This document shows, piece after piece, positions 1-9,289 of a DNA stretch of 64,000 nucleotides; within the stretch, counting starts at the first letter, position 1; each line of letters opens with the position of its first letter. The translations under genes and the position numbers were made by a program. The notes under the pieces are model-generated. The model did not search any database, was not told the origin of the DNA, and saw nothing but the letters and a program-made list of their open reading frames with translations. Origin of the DNA: Candidatus Omnitrophota bacterium (lineage in GTDB: Bacteria > Omnitrophota > Gorgyraeia > Tantalellales > Tantalellaceae); NCBI GenBank assembly GCA_014728075.1, contig WJMG01000075.1:4262-68261 (forward strand), in the 5' to 3' direction.

Positions 1-37
1 TTTTCCAACACACTGCCACATAAGGCTTTACACAGAA

Positions 38-448
38 TTATCCCGGCTCGTGCATACCGATAAGAGAGTCCAGGGTTATGCTCTTTAACTCCCCGGCTAC
101 CCCCTTCTCAATTTTGTCCAGTTTTTTCTTCAGCTTACATACCTTTAAATAGGGGCATCGCTCCCCTTTAAAGACATGTTCGTTCATCTCAAAAGGCCCC
201 TGGAATATCTCCATTAGCCTGAAAAGGGAGATCTCCCCGGGGGGTACAGCCAGTTTGAAACCTCCCCCTTTCCCTTTTATGGAGACCAATATGCCTTTCT
301 TGTTCAGTATCTGGAGTATCTTCCTGGTAAAAGGCCGCGGGACATCAAGCTTTTCCGTCAGGCTGGTTACAGACACGACGCCTTTCTCCCCGGCTATGCA
401 GCTCAGAGCCCTGATCGCGTAATCCGTATCTCTGGTAAGTAACTTCAT
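38..448 (-). CDS. Rrf2 family transcriptional regulator
   Basis: TRDTDYAIRAL N-terminus, wHTH with SIKGKGGGFKL, C-terminal H-x6-C-x5-C motif. Confidence 0.92.
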   Translation of the reverse strand: MKLLTRDTDYAIRALSCIAGEKGVVSVTSLTEKLDVPRPFTRKILQILNKKGILVSIKGKGGGFKLAVPPGEISLFRLMEIFQGPFEMNEHVFKGERCPYLKVCKLKKKLDKIEKGVAGELKSITLDSLIGMHEPG

Positions 449-462
449 GTGAACGGCCCGTG

Positions 463-870
463 TTAAAGTTTATCAAAAAGTGAGATCTTCCCCGCCCCGG
501 TAAATATAACGGCAACACAGCAGGCCAGGATCAAAAGCGGGTACTCAAAACCATTATTCGCCATAAAAAGACCGTTCCAGTGCACTTTGAATATCGCTAC
601 GGCCATAACGGAACCTATGAAAAAAGCGCTCAGCCTGGGAAGCACGCCCAGGACCAGCAAAGCTCCTCCGACGGTTTCGGATAAGCCCACTATCCACGCC
701 CAGACCACCGGGGGTTGGAACCCCAGGCTCTTTACAAAGCCCGAAAACCCTTCTATACCGGGACCTCCCCATAATCCCAGGACCTTCTGCAGCCCGTGAG
801 CGGCAATTATGATCCCCAGCGTGAGCCTTAAAATAAAAATACCGGCGTCAACAGGTTTAATGTCAGACAT
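463..870 (-). CDS. DoxX family membrane protein
   Basis: LRLTLG..AHGLQK and NGFEYPL motifs, four TM helices; start placed after AGGAGG. Confidence 0.9.
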   Translation of the reverse strand: MSDIKPVDAGIFILRLTLGIIIAAHGLQKVLGLWGGPGIEGFSGFVKSLGFQPPVVWAWIVGLSETVGGALLVLGVLPRLSAFFIGSVMAVAIFKVHWNGLFMANNGFEYPLLILACCVAVIFTGAGKISLFDKL

Positions 871-2074
871 TGTCCCCTCCTTGTTCGGCATGTTTTTTCT
901 TAAAGAGATAACCGCACCAGTCTCTTATTATATCTATTTTACAGGTAAAAGGCGCTCTGTAAATACTTACCGCGTAATGAAGAGCGTATCCCGCGGGCCC
1001 GGCTACGGGTACCCCCATCACCAGGCCGGGCGCTTTACCCGTGGCGAACGGCACCAGATATCCAAGATCGGCCGCTTTATAAGGCCTCATACGCTTTGCC
1101 TTTAAGGAATTTACAAGGTTGGCGGCGGCGGTCCTTCCCTGACCCATGGCGAACATAACGGCCAGACGCAAAGGTTTGGACCTTCCCTGAGAGAAGAACG
1201 CCGCGCTGTCCCCGGCAATGAATATATTGCCGGATTCCTCTCCCGCGGAATAAGGCCTCAAAAAGGAGTTTACCTTTATCCTGGACTTTTCCTGGTCAAG
1301 GCCAAAATTATCCACGGCTTCAGAGGAGCGTACACCGGCGGACCACACACACATGCAGTTCTCTATGCGGCTCCCGTCCTCCAATACTGCCGCGCCTTCA
1401 TCCACATCCGAAAGCCCGGAATCCGTCATTATTTCCAGCCCGATCCTTTCAAGTTCCTTACGGGCGCTGCGCCGTATCCAGGCGGGGGTCATGGAAAGTA
1501 TTTCCGGGGCCTTTTCGAGAAGCACGATCCTGAAAGGCTTCCCGGCGCGAACGAGCAAATGATATATATTGGTAGCGGCTTCGATCCCCGTATAACCGCC
1601 TCCCGCTACCGCTACATTGACTTTCGGAAAAGCCCGGCACCTTCGAAGAACTTCGCCCTTTATACGCTCGGCATCGGCACAACTGTAAAGTTTAAAGCAT
1701 TTATCCCTGATCTTCCGCTGCCCGAAAAAGTTCGTCTCCGCCCCGGTACAAACGGCAAGCTTTTCATATCCGAAGTCTCCTTCGGATGTCACGATCTTCC
1801 GGGACCGGACATCAGACGCTTTTACTTCCGCGCGCAAAAAATCCGCGCCTGTATTTCTGCACAGCCCTCTCAGTGAATAGCTAAGGCCGGAGGCGGAAAC
1901 CCTTCCGCTTATGATGTCGGGGAGCAGGGGAAGAAACTCGAAATTTTCCTTTCGGTCCACGAGAAGGACATCTCCTTCGGAAAGTACTCCTTTCCCGAAG
2001 CGGGAAAGATGCCTTAAAACGCTCACGCCCGCGAACCCTCCTCCCAGAACTATTATTTTATAATTTCGCCTCAT
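863..2074 (-). CDS. Type II NADH:quinone oxidoreductase-like FAD-dependent oxidoreductase
   Basis: Two Rossmann motifs (GGGFAG, GGGYTGIE), FLPLLP, WSAGV, IFIAGD. Confidence 0.82.
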   Translation of the reverse strand: MRRNYKIIVLGGGFAGVSVLRHLSRFGKGVLSEGDVLLVDRKENFEFLPLLPDIISGRVSASGLSYSLRGLCRNTGADFLRAEVKASDVRSRKIVTSEGDFGYEKLAVCTGAETNFFGQRKIRDKCFKLYSCADAERIKGEVLRRCRAFPKVNVAVAGGGYTGIEAATNIYHLLVRAGKPFRIVLLEKAPEILSMTPAWIRRSARKELERIGLEIMTDSGLSDVDEGAAVLEDGSRIENCMCVWSAGVRSSEAVDNFGLDQEKSRIKVNSFLRPYSAGEESGNIFIAGDSAAFFSQGRSKPLRLAVMFAMGQGRTAAANLVNSLKAKRMRPYKAADLGYLVPFATGKAPGLVMGVPVAGPAGYALHYAVSIYRAPFTCKIDIIRDWCGYLFKKKHAEQGGDNV

Positions 2075-2996
2075 GTATTTTCCCCCGCATATATTCCAGA
2101 ACTTCAACCGCCGCGACGGGCAATTTCCCGGTCACGAGCGCCGCCTCGTCCAGAAGCCGTTCGGCACGGTCCAGACATTTAGTCAAAAAACCGTCAGAGA
2201 CCAAAAGCGAAGAAAGCTCTTCCGTTCTTTCTTTTCTAAACGCCGGGTCCCCGGCGTATACGGCGTCAACCATCTCCCTGCTTCCCGCTCCGCCTTCTCT
2301 GGCGAACGCGATGACAGGAAGCGTAACTATCCCGTTCGCCGCGTCCTTGAACGCTTCTTTATCGGTATAGCTGCCCGCCATATCGAGACAGTCATCAAGG
2401 ATCTGATAAGAAGTTCCAAGCAATATCCCGAACTTCTCCGATTCAAGCGCATCCGGCCCGTGCCCGCTTCGCATTATCGAAGCCACCTTGCACGCTCCGC
2501 CGAAAAGCGAACCCGTCTTCAGGCGGATCATTCCCATGTATTCCTCCTCGGTAAGCCCCAGGTCCCATTTCCGTTCCTGCTGGAGGAGTTCGCCCTTTAT
2601 CACTCCGGAAAGGGCCGCGTTGACCTCTTTCCATATCCTTTCGTCCTCGAGGCCGGCCAGCACCGAAAAACCTGTCGAAAAAAGAAGGTCCCCCAGAAGA
2701 ACCCTGGATACCGTATCCGCGCCGTCCGGGCCTGGACGACCTCGTCTTCTCATTGAGGCGTTGTCAATTATGTCATCGTGGACCAGTGTGGCGTAATGGA
2801 ACAGCTCAATTGAAGCCGCCGCCATCATCTCCTGTTCCCCCGCGCCCCCCGCAAACCCGAGAAAAAGACGCGCCCTCAGTTTCTTGCCGTTTCTGATCGC
2901 TTTCAGGAGAAAAGCGGCATCTCTGTCCGTGAGACCTTCCGCGCGCAGGACATCTTCCAGATAAAGATCCAGCCTGTTCAGGAAATTTTCGGACAT
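2058..2996 (-). CDS. Polyprenyl diphosphate synthase
   Basis: GKKLR, LVHDDIID..RR, KTGSLF, QILDDCLD aspartate-rich motifs. Confidence 0.92.
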   Translation of the reverse strand: MSENFLNRLDLYLEDVLRAEGLTDRDAAFLLKAIRNGKKLRARLFLGFAGGAGEQEMMAAASIELFHYATLVHDDIIDNASMRRRGRPGPDGADTVSRVLLGDLLFSTGFSVLAGLEDERIWKEVNAALSGVIKGELLQQERKWDLGLTEEEYMGMIRLKTGSLFGGACKVASIMRSGHGPDALESEKFGILLGTSYQILDDCLDMAGSYTDKEAFKDAANGIVTLPVIAFAREGGAGSREMVDAVYAGDPAFRKERTEELSSLLVSDGFLTKCLDRAERLLDEAALVTGKLPVAAVEVLEYMRGKIHEAKL

Positions 2997-3895
2997 GATC
3001 CTCCGAAGAAAAAAGATAAGACTATAACTATACCGGCCGCGGTGTGAAGCCCCACCGTCAATTTACTGGCCTTATTGTATTCCGCGAACCCGCCGGAGAG
3101 ATCCCTTAAAAGAGATGCCGCCCTGTACCCGAGGATAAAAAAAGGCAGACAGACCAGAGCGGACACCGGAAAGAGGCCGTATAATACATTCAGGACGGTA
3201 AAACACGCCGCCATGCCTACAGGAACAATATAAAGGATCCAGGCTTTTCGCCTGCCCGCGGCGGTCATCAGGTTCTTTTTACCGGCCTCCGTGTCGGTCT
3301 TTATGTCCGGCACTTCGTTGCATAATATTACGGCAAGCACCAGAAAACCTATGGGCAATGACACCAGAAACGGCTCCGGCCCCAGCATGCCGGTGAATAT
3401 CAAAAAACTTCCTGCCGAAAGCAGGGGACCGAACAGAAGGAAAATAACGGCTTCCCCTCCCCTTCTGTAAGCCAGTTTTAACGGAGGCGCCGTATATCCG
3501 ACAGCAAGGACGCCTCCCGCGAGCATAAATAAAAGGATCCTGTAATCGAAGACTACAAGGAAAAGAGCCAGTCCTGAGGCAAAAGAGAGCGCCATGAGGA
3601 GCTTCCCCCAGAAAAGCACCCGGCGCGGGCTTGCCTGGCCCCGGGCTATGAGGCCGGACCCGCCGAAAAAGGCGCTTCTTCCCGATCCGATGCCGTCGGC
3701 GCCGCTTTTATGGTCCCAGTAATTATTGATCGCGTTCGCCCCGAGATGAGCGAAAGCCGTGCCCGCCAACCCCAGAAAAAGGACCAGCGGGTAAAGGGCA
3801 TAACCCCTGTAATGAGCGAAACCGGCGCCCGCCAAAAACGGGATAAGGCTGGCCGGCAGGAAATTCGCCCTTGTTATCTTTGGGAATAAAAACAT
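2978..3895 (-). CDS. menA: 1,4-dihydroxy-2-naphthoate prenyltransferase (UbiA family)
   Basis: NNYWD..SGAD, YTAPPLKLAY.GE, NEVPD..TD..AGKK motifs; multi-TM. Confidence 0.82.
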   Translation of the reverse strand: MFLFPKITRANFLPASLIPFLAGAGFAHYRGYALYPLVLFLGLAGTAFAHLGANAINNYWDHKSGADGIGSGRSAFFGGSGLIARGQASPRRVLFWGKLLMALSFASGLALFLVVFDYRILLFMLAGGVLAVGYTAPPLKLAYRRGGEAVIFLLFGPLLSAGSFLIFTGMLGPEPFLVSLPIGFLVLAVILCNEVPDIKTDTEAGKKNLMTAAGRRKAWILYIVPVGMAACFTVLNVLYGLFPVSALVCLPFFILGYRAASLLRDLSGGFAEYNKASKLTVGLHTAAGIVIVLSFFFGGSCPKIS

Positions 3896-3914
3896 ATTTC
3901 GGGGTATTGCCTGC

Positions 3915-4397
3915 TCACAACCCTGTTTCTCTCTGCATATCCACTATATTGTGGCCCCGGTAAACGATCTCCCCCTCGCTGTTAACCGCTATTACCGCGG
4001 GGATACCCCTCACGCGGTAAGCGGAAGCGACCCTGCCGTCGAGATCAAGCGCCATCGGATACTTTATCCCCGTCCTCTCCACGAACGAAGCCACTTTAGC
4101 GGGGCTTTCCTGTATATTCACACCGATGATCCCGACGCTGTCGCCTTTATCGGTGTAATAATCGTTTACTTCCGGGATCTCCCTCACGCAGTAAGGGCAC
4201 CAGCTGGCTCCGAAGACCAGTACCGCGGCTTCTTTTGTCTTCAGGACTTCCGAAAGGGATATTTCGTTCCCGGCGAGGTCCTTAAGAGTGAAGTCAGGCG
4301 CTTTTCCGGCTCCACCCAGCCCCTGTGTATCCGCGGGAGTGCACGCGCTTAGAACGCAGACCGATAATACGGCTATGGTAAAAAGTTTAAGTTTCAT
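3915..4397 (-). CDS. TlpA/ResA-like thiol:disulfide oxidoreductase lipoprotein
   Basis: Lipobox LSAC, APDFTL, WCPYC active site, GIP cis-Pro. Confidence 0.9.
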   Translation of the reverse strand: MKLKLFTIAVLSVCVLSACTPADTQGLGGAGKAPDFTLKDLAGNEISLSEVLKTKEAAVLVFGASWCPYCVREIPEVNDYYTDKGDSVGIIGVNIQESPAKVASFVERTGIKYPMALDLDGRVASAYRVRGIPAVIAVNSEGEIVYRGHNIVDMQRETGL

Positions 4398-4476
4398 ATA
4401 TCTCCTCCTTTAGGATAAATAAGCCCGTTCCCGGCACTCAAACCCGGACCGGGCCTTAACCCGCCTTGATATCTCA

Positions 4477-5175
4477 TCATAAACTCAGCATTCCGGCTTT
4501 GTAAATATAATATTCCCCGAGTAAAATCAATAACAGGGCGAAAATTTTCTGTACCGCTTTCATCGCTTTCTCCGACCTGGGAAGGGAAGAAACTATCCCC
4601 GCGAAAGTTCCGATAACTATCAGAACAACGCCGAACCCGAGAGCGAAAGTAAAAAGCAGCGAGACCCCCAGAACCGGATTCTGGGTGGTTGCCACAAAAG
4701 CGAGCAAAGCCCCCAGCACCGCCGCGGCGCAGGGAGAGGCCACGAACCCGGAGGCGACACCCATAAAGAACACCGAAAGAGGGTGCCCGCTCTTTCCGGG
4801 CTTTCCGGCCCCCGCTCTTGCCAGCAGCAAAGTGGGAAGCGGGATCACATCAACAAGCGCCAGCGCAAAAAATATCATCACATTACCGACGACCAAATAT
4901 ACCAGGGGGTTGGTCTGGAACTGACCGAAAAGCTTTCCGGTCAAGGCCGCGGCGGCGCCCAGCGCGGAAAATGTGACCGCCATGCCCATGACATAGCTTA
5001 CCGAAAGGATAAAGTTCCTGGCCCTTGAGGAATCCCTGCCGGTACCTATCACGCCTACTATAATGGGTATCAACGGATAGACACATGGAGTGAAAGATGT
5101 GGCGAGGCCGCCGAGAAACACGGCTATGAAAGTGACCGGAGAAGGATTGTTCAGGTAATACGAAATATCCTGCAT
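4477..5175 (-). CDS. ccdA: CcdA/DsbD transmembrane disulfide-interchange protein
   Basis: SFTPCVYPLIP and SPC motifs, six TM helices, adjacent to TlpA. Confidence 0.88.
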   Translation of the reverse strand: MQDISYYLNNPSPVTFIAVFLGGLATSFTPCVYPLIPIIVGVIGTGRDSSRARNFILSVSYVMGMAVTFSALGAAAALTGKLFGQFQTNPLVYLVVGNVMIFFALALVDVIPLPTLLLARAGAGKPGKSGHPLSVFFMGVASGFVASPCAAAVLGALLAFVATTQNPVLGVSLLFTFALGFGVVLIVIGTFAGIVSSLPRSEKAMKAVQKIFALLLILLGEYYIYKAGMLSL

Positions 5176-5231
5176 AAAATCACCTTTCCAAGAAAACACT
5201 CAGGGTTCAGGTACAGGTTCGGTTCCTCATT

Positions 5232-5867
5232 TCACTTGAATATCGTTCCGGTCTGTGCCGACCAGAAAAGTATATCGAGTTCATCCATGGGGATATCTAT
5301 ACTCCTGGAAAAACCCTCCAGTTTTTTTTCCAATTCAAAATAGCATTTCCTCGATATGCATACCGGTCTTTCGTCCACCAGCCCGTAACGGAGCATGTTC
5401 TTTATTATATGGACATCGAGTATAGCCAGGTCACGGCCGAAACCGATATTCCTCAGAAAATGACTGGCTTCCTTGTATCCGATACCCTTGATGTTCCTGA
5501 CAAGCCAGTCCCTGGTAGCCTTTATGTCCTTTTCGTCTATTCTCTCCTTTATGCGTATGTTCCCTTCCCTGGTCAAGCGCTCCCGGGTCTCGAAGATATA
5601 ACCGGCCTTATTGTTGGGGAACCTTACGGCTTTAAGCCCCTCCCGTATATCTTCCCTGCTTCCGGAAAAAAGCGCCCCGCTTTCAGCGAGCCCGGAAACT
5701 GCCCGGTCGCAGTATACCGCTTTGGACTGCGGTGTGCAGATACAGAAACAAAGCTCGGCGAATATATCCCGTTCGTCACCCTGCCACACTCTTTTGAAAT
5801 CTCTGAGCCTTTCCTTTATGGCTTCTTTCTTTTGCGCGTACTGTTCAAGTAGTTCTTTCATCATCAC
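5232..5867 (-). CDS. ogg: 8-oxoguanine N-glycosylase/AP lyase (Ogg2, Thermotoga/archaeal type)
   Basis: ELCFCI, RFPNNKA.YI, HhH GIGYKEASHFLRN, ILDVH. Confidence 0.9.
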   Translation of the reverse strand: MMMKELLEQYAQKKEAIKERLRDFKRVWQGDERDIFAELCFCICTPQSKAVYCDRAVSGLAESGALFSGSREDIREGLKAVRFPNNKAGYIFETRERLTREGNIRIKERIDEKDIKATRDWLVRNIKGIGYKEASHFLRNIGFGRDLAILDVHIIKNMLRYGLVDERPVCISRKCYFELEKKLEGFSRSIDIPMDELDILFWSAQTGTIFK

Positions 5868-6048
5868 ACATCTTCATGAGCTCGCGGGCGAGCTTCATGT
5901 GACCTTTTTCCTCTTCTGCTATCGAGTAAAGGACCTTTCTTATTTCCGGGTCCTCGACCTGTTCGGCGTAATGCCCGTAGAAGGCCTTCGCCCTCTCCTC
6001 GTGAACGAATATCTCCCTGAAATCCGCGTGCAGCATGTCAATATTCAT
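5845..6048 (-). CDS. Small ferritin-like/rubrerythrin half-domain protein
   Basis: EE..A..FY and EEEKGH diiron half-motif in 67 aa; overlaps both neighbours. Confidence 0.7.
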   Translation of the reverse strand: MNIDMLHADFREIFVHEERAKAFYGHYAEQVEDPEIRKVLYSIAEEEKGHMKLARELMKMCDDERTT

Positions 6049-6286
6049 TTCTGGGGTCCTTTTCTATATTCTTAATAAGGCCTTCAACTGTCTCCTTATG
6101 CCTGGAGGAATCGTTATAGAGCCGCGTAAGGATCTTCTTCATCTTTTGAGCTTTTTCGGCGGGAACGCCTTCGGCGTGATCCAGTATCCCCTTGGAAAAA
6201 TTCGCCAGTGTCGTGACCATTCCCTCCTCCACATAAACTACCTCGTTAAGACCGGCAAGAAGCCTTTCCCTGGATATCATGCCCAC
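6038..6286 (-). CDS. Small two-helix ferritin-like protein
   Basis: VEEGM and LYNDSSRH (D-x2-RH) pattern; overlaps both neighbours. Confidence 0.6.
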   Translation of the reverse strand: MGMISRERLLAGLNEVVYVEEGMVTTLANFSKGILDHAEGVPAEKAQKMKKILTRLYNDSSRHKETVEGLIKNIEKDPRNEY

Positions 6287-7197
6287 CCCCTGTTCCTCGC
6301 CAGATAGCTGAAAGCCCCTAAAGCTGCCTTGGCTCCCTCTCCGGCGGCTATTATTATCTGTTTTTCCGGAATATCCGTGACATCTCCGGCCGCGTATATG
6401 CCTTCAACGCTCGTCTCGTTCCGAAAGTTCACTTTTATCTCTCCAGAACCGTTCTTTTCAACGGCGCTTTCGAACTCCGAATTAGGGATAAGGCCTACCT
6501 CGACGAAAACACCTTCTACGGCTAAATCCCGCCTGCCCGCGGGAGTCTGGACGCTTACCCCGCCGACCAGGCCATTACCGGATATCTCCAGTATCGTGCT
6601 GGAGTTCATAACGGTCACCTTATCCGAAGACATCACCTTTTCCCTTATTACCGCGTCACCGCCCGGTTCTTCGGTGTTATTTACAAGATAGACATGGTCC
6701 GCTATCCTTATAAGCTGGAGCGCGGCTTCCAGAGCGGAATTCCCGCCTCCGGCGACAACGACCTTTTTCCCCGCGAAAAGGGGAGCGTCGCAGGTCGCGC
6801 AATAAGTCACTCCCCTGTTACGGAACTCCTTTTCCCCCGGAACGCCCATTTCCCTGGACCTCTTGCCGGAAGCGATAATGACCGTCCTTGCCGCGTAATA
6901 CGCTTCCTCCGTCCCCACCTTCACTACGCCGCCGTCCTTGAGTATGGAAACGGCCTTTTCCCCTTCTCTCATCTCCACGGCGTATTTTTTCATGTGTTCT
7001 TCGAATTTCGCCGCAAGCTCGTTGCCGGTTATGAACTGGTATCCTGCATAGTTCTCTATTTCCCCGCTCCAGGCGGCCTGTCCGCCTATATCAAGAGATA
7101 CTACCAGAAGGTCCATCTTTTTCCTGGCGGCGTATATCGCCGCCGTAATTCCCGCCGGACCGGCGCCTATTATGATAAGGTCGTAAATTTTATCCAT
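6277..7197 (-). CDS. trxB: Thioredoxin reductase / AhpF C-terminal-like oxidoreductase
   Basis: GAGPAG, YCATCD, GGGNSA, YAAGD. Confidence 0.9.
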   Translation of the reverse strand: MDKIYDLIIIGAGPAGITAAIYAARKKMDLLVVSLDIGGQAAWSGEIENYAGYQFITGNELAAKFEEHMKKYAVEMREGEKAVSILKDGGVVKVGTEEAYYAARTVIIASGKRSREMGVPGEKEFRNRGVTYCATCDAPLFAGKKVVVAGGGNSALEAALQLIRIADHVYLVNNTEEPGGDAVIREKVMSSDKVTVMNSSTILEISGNGLVGGVSVQTPAGRRDLAVEGVFVEVGLIPNSEFESAVEKNGSGEIKVNFRNETSVEGIYAAGDVTDIPEKQIIIAAGEGAKAALGAFSYLARNRGWA

Positions 7198-7216
7198 GGG
7201 ATACGGCCCCGGGCCG

Positions 7217-7444
7217 TCAGAGGCCCCGCGCTTTCTCTATCCTGGTTTATCGAACCCTGCGATGACCTCGCCCTCAGTGTCGATAACGGGAACTCTTATC
7301 TGCCCGATATCCTGACCACCTCCTCTACGGCGGAGGGGTCATCCCCCACATCCACGGATCCGTATTGGATATTTTTTAGTCAAAATACCTCTTGAATTTC
7401 CCGCAGGACGAACAGACAGAAGTAATGTGTTTAACCTTCTTCAC
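7217..7444 (-). pseudogene. Frameshifted NrdH/YruB-like glutaredoxin
   Basis: GGAGG RBS + GTG; pieces in shifted frames: KKVKHITSVCSSCGKFKRYFD / KNIQYGSVDVGDDPSAVEEVVRIS / QIRVPVIDTEGEVIAGFDK / RIEKARGL*. Confidence 0.75.
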
Positions 7445-7922
7445 GGTCACAACCTCCCTTAAGGGAGCAAAGCCGGCTCAAATGTTCCTTTTCTTCCGAG
7501 ATCAGCCTCTCTACAAGGCCACGGTCGCTCTCCGGGACCATATTTTTCATTTCCTGGTAAAAGAGAATTGAATCTTTCTCGAACCCTATCCCCAGGGTTA
7601 TACCTTCGGCGTAATCGGATACCGACCCCGCTACTTCCGCGCCCTTGCCTTTTCTGGTAAATACATACTGGGAAGCAAGGGCGTTCATGTACGCGAAATA
7701 CTCTTCCGGGTAGGCTTCCCGGGGTTCATAATCACAGGCCCCTTTGAATATCTTTTCAAAAACGGAAATATGCTGTTCTTCAGCTTCGGCGAGTTCCTTA
7801 AAAGCTTTTCTGGCCTCGGGTTCACCGGTCTTGCCGGCGAGGGCCATATAAAACTCCTTTCCGTTCTTCTCTATCTGTATGCCGAGTTCCACTATTTCAC
7901 ACGCGGAAAAACTGTCAGCCAT
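7431..7922 (-). CDS. Ferritin-like (rubrerythrin-type) diiron protein lacking rubredoxin domain
   Basis: IE..G..FY, EEQH, FEKDSILFY, EEKEH motifs. Confidence 0.87.
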   Translation of the reverse strand: MADSFSACEIVELGIQIEKNGKEFYMALAGKTGEPEARKAFKELAEAEEQHISVFEKIFKGACDYEPREAYPEEYFAYMNALASQYVFTRKGKGAEVAGSVSDYAEGITLGIGFEKDSILFYQEMKNMVPESDRGLVERLISEEKEHLSRLCSLKGGCDREEG

Positions 7923-8024
7923 ATCATCCTCCGGTAATAGCGTTCAGCGGCAGGCGTTAACACGGGCAAATAAAGAAAACAGCGCGGCCTCAACCCGGCG
8001 CTTAACGCCTGACGCTTGACGCCG

Positions 8025-8600
8025 TTAATAATTCTCAGCCAGAACTTCGTAATAAGACTGCGGATGTTTACACGCGGGGCAGACTTTTGGCGCTTCCTCC
8101 GATTCATGCACGAATCCGCAATTGCGGCAATGCCATTTCACGGGCCGGTCCTTTTTGAAGACCTTCTCCTCTTTGACATTTGCCAGAAGGGCCCTGTACC
8201 GGGCTTCGTGTTCCTTCTCCACCTTGGCTATTTCCCTGTAAGTCTCGGCTATCTCGGGGAACCCCTCTTCTTCGGCGTCCTTGGCGAAATTCTGATAAAG
8301 AACGGTCCATTCCTCTTTCTCGCCGTCCGCGGCGGCTTCCAGATTAGCGGCGGTATCCCCGATCACACCTGCCGGATATCCCGCTGTTATCTCCGCCATC
8401 CCGCCTTCAAGGAATTTGAAGAACCTTTTAGCGTGTTCTTTTTCGTTCTCCGCCGTTTCCGCGAATACAGCGGCTATCTGCTCGTAACCGCCCTTTTTTG
8501 CCACGCTGGCGAAATAAGTGTACCTGTTCCTGGCCTGGGATTCCCCGGCGAAAGAAGCCAACAGGTTCTTTTCCGTTTTCGTTCCTTTTACGCTTGCCAT
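8025..8600 (-). CDS. rbr: Rubrerythrin
   Basis: [17 protein letters not shown]-terminal CRNCG..CPAC rubredoxin-like domain. Confidence 0.97.
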   Translation of the reverse strand: MASVKGTKTEKNLLASFAGESQARNRYTYFASVAKKGGYEQIAAVFAETAENEKEHAKRFFKFLEGGMAEITAGYPAGVIGDTAANLEAAADGEKEEWTVLYQNFAKDAEEEGFPEIAETYREIAKVEKEHEARYRALLANVKEEKVFKKDRPVKWHCRNCGFVHESEEAPKVCPACKHPQSYYEVLAENY

Positions 8601-8620
8601 TTTTCCTCCTTTAATGAGAC

Positions 8621-8655
8621 CACAACTTATGAAACGATAGTGAACATAAGTTGTG
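8621..8655. promoter_or_regulatory. Perfect 11-bp inverted repeat upstream of the rubrerythrin RBS
   Basis: CACAACTTATG-N13-CATAAGTTGTG. Confidence 0.45.
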
Positions 8656-8791
8656 CTGTCGAATTAAACCCTTCACCCTTCCCGCATGTACCCGCAGGCT
8701 TTTAAAAGGCGCGGGGCCGCTCTATAACACGGGCCTCCTTTGTTTAGGACCGGAAGCCTGTCACCCGGAACCGGATACCCGGCACCTGGCG

Positions 8792-9217
8792 CTATACGCT
8801 GTTTTTCCACAACATATGGACCGTACAGAACTCCCTTACCTCCGCGATATCGTCTTTAGAGACGCAGCAGAAATGAGCTTCGGGCTTGTCGCCGGGCTTG
8901 AGCTCTTTTCTCAGGACACTGTCCTTTGTAAGTACTTCGATACACTTGATGTAATGTTCGTCGGTCATCGGGTGTTCGGTACTTCCTACCTTGACCTTGA
9001 TACAGACATTGTCCTCCCCGCAGGAATCGCAGGTACAGGTCGCGCTGCCTTCGTCTTCGACAACGGGGACATGCTTTTCCTGACCTTCATCCTCGGTCTT
9101 TGCTTCGAGTTTTTTCATCGGCTGGTCACAGCAGACAAGCGCCGGCTGGCCCTCGTTCACTATCTCAACCACATTTCCGCATACTTCACACCTGTAAAGT
9201 TCTCTTAATTGTGTCAT
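8792..9217 (-). CDS. dfx: Desulfoferrodoxin (class I superoxide reductase)
   Basis: CEVCGN..CC desulforedoxin domain; EKHVP, HPM..HYI, CTVH SOR ligands. Confidence 0.93.
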   Translation of the reverse strand: MTQLRELYRCEVCGNVVEIVNEGQPALVCCDQPMKKLEAKTEDEGQEKHVPVVEDEGSATCTCDSCGEDNVCIKVKVGSTEHPMTDEHYIKCIEVLTKDSVLRKELKPGDKPEAHFCCVSKDDIAEVREFCTVHMLWKNSV

Positions 9218-9289
9218 TACGCGCCTCCTTATACTCTGGCGTTCAGCGTAAAGAGTACAGAGTATAGTCTGAATACTACACGCTGCACG

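Noticed and set aside
1741-1752. CCCGGTACAAA match to the REP core
   Set aside because: Inside a CDS and lacks the GGGACAG half; likely chance
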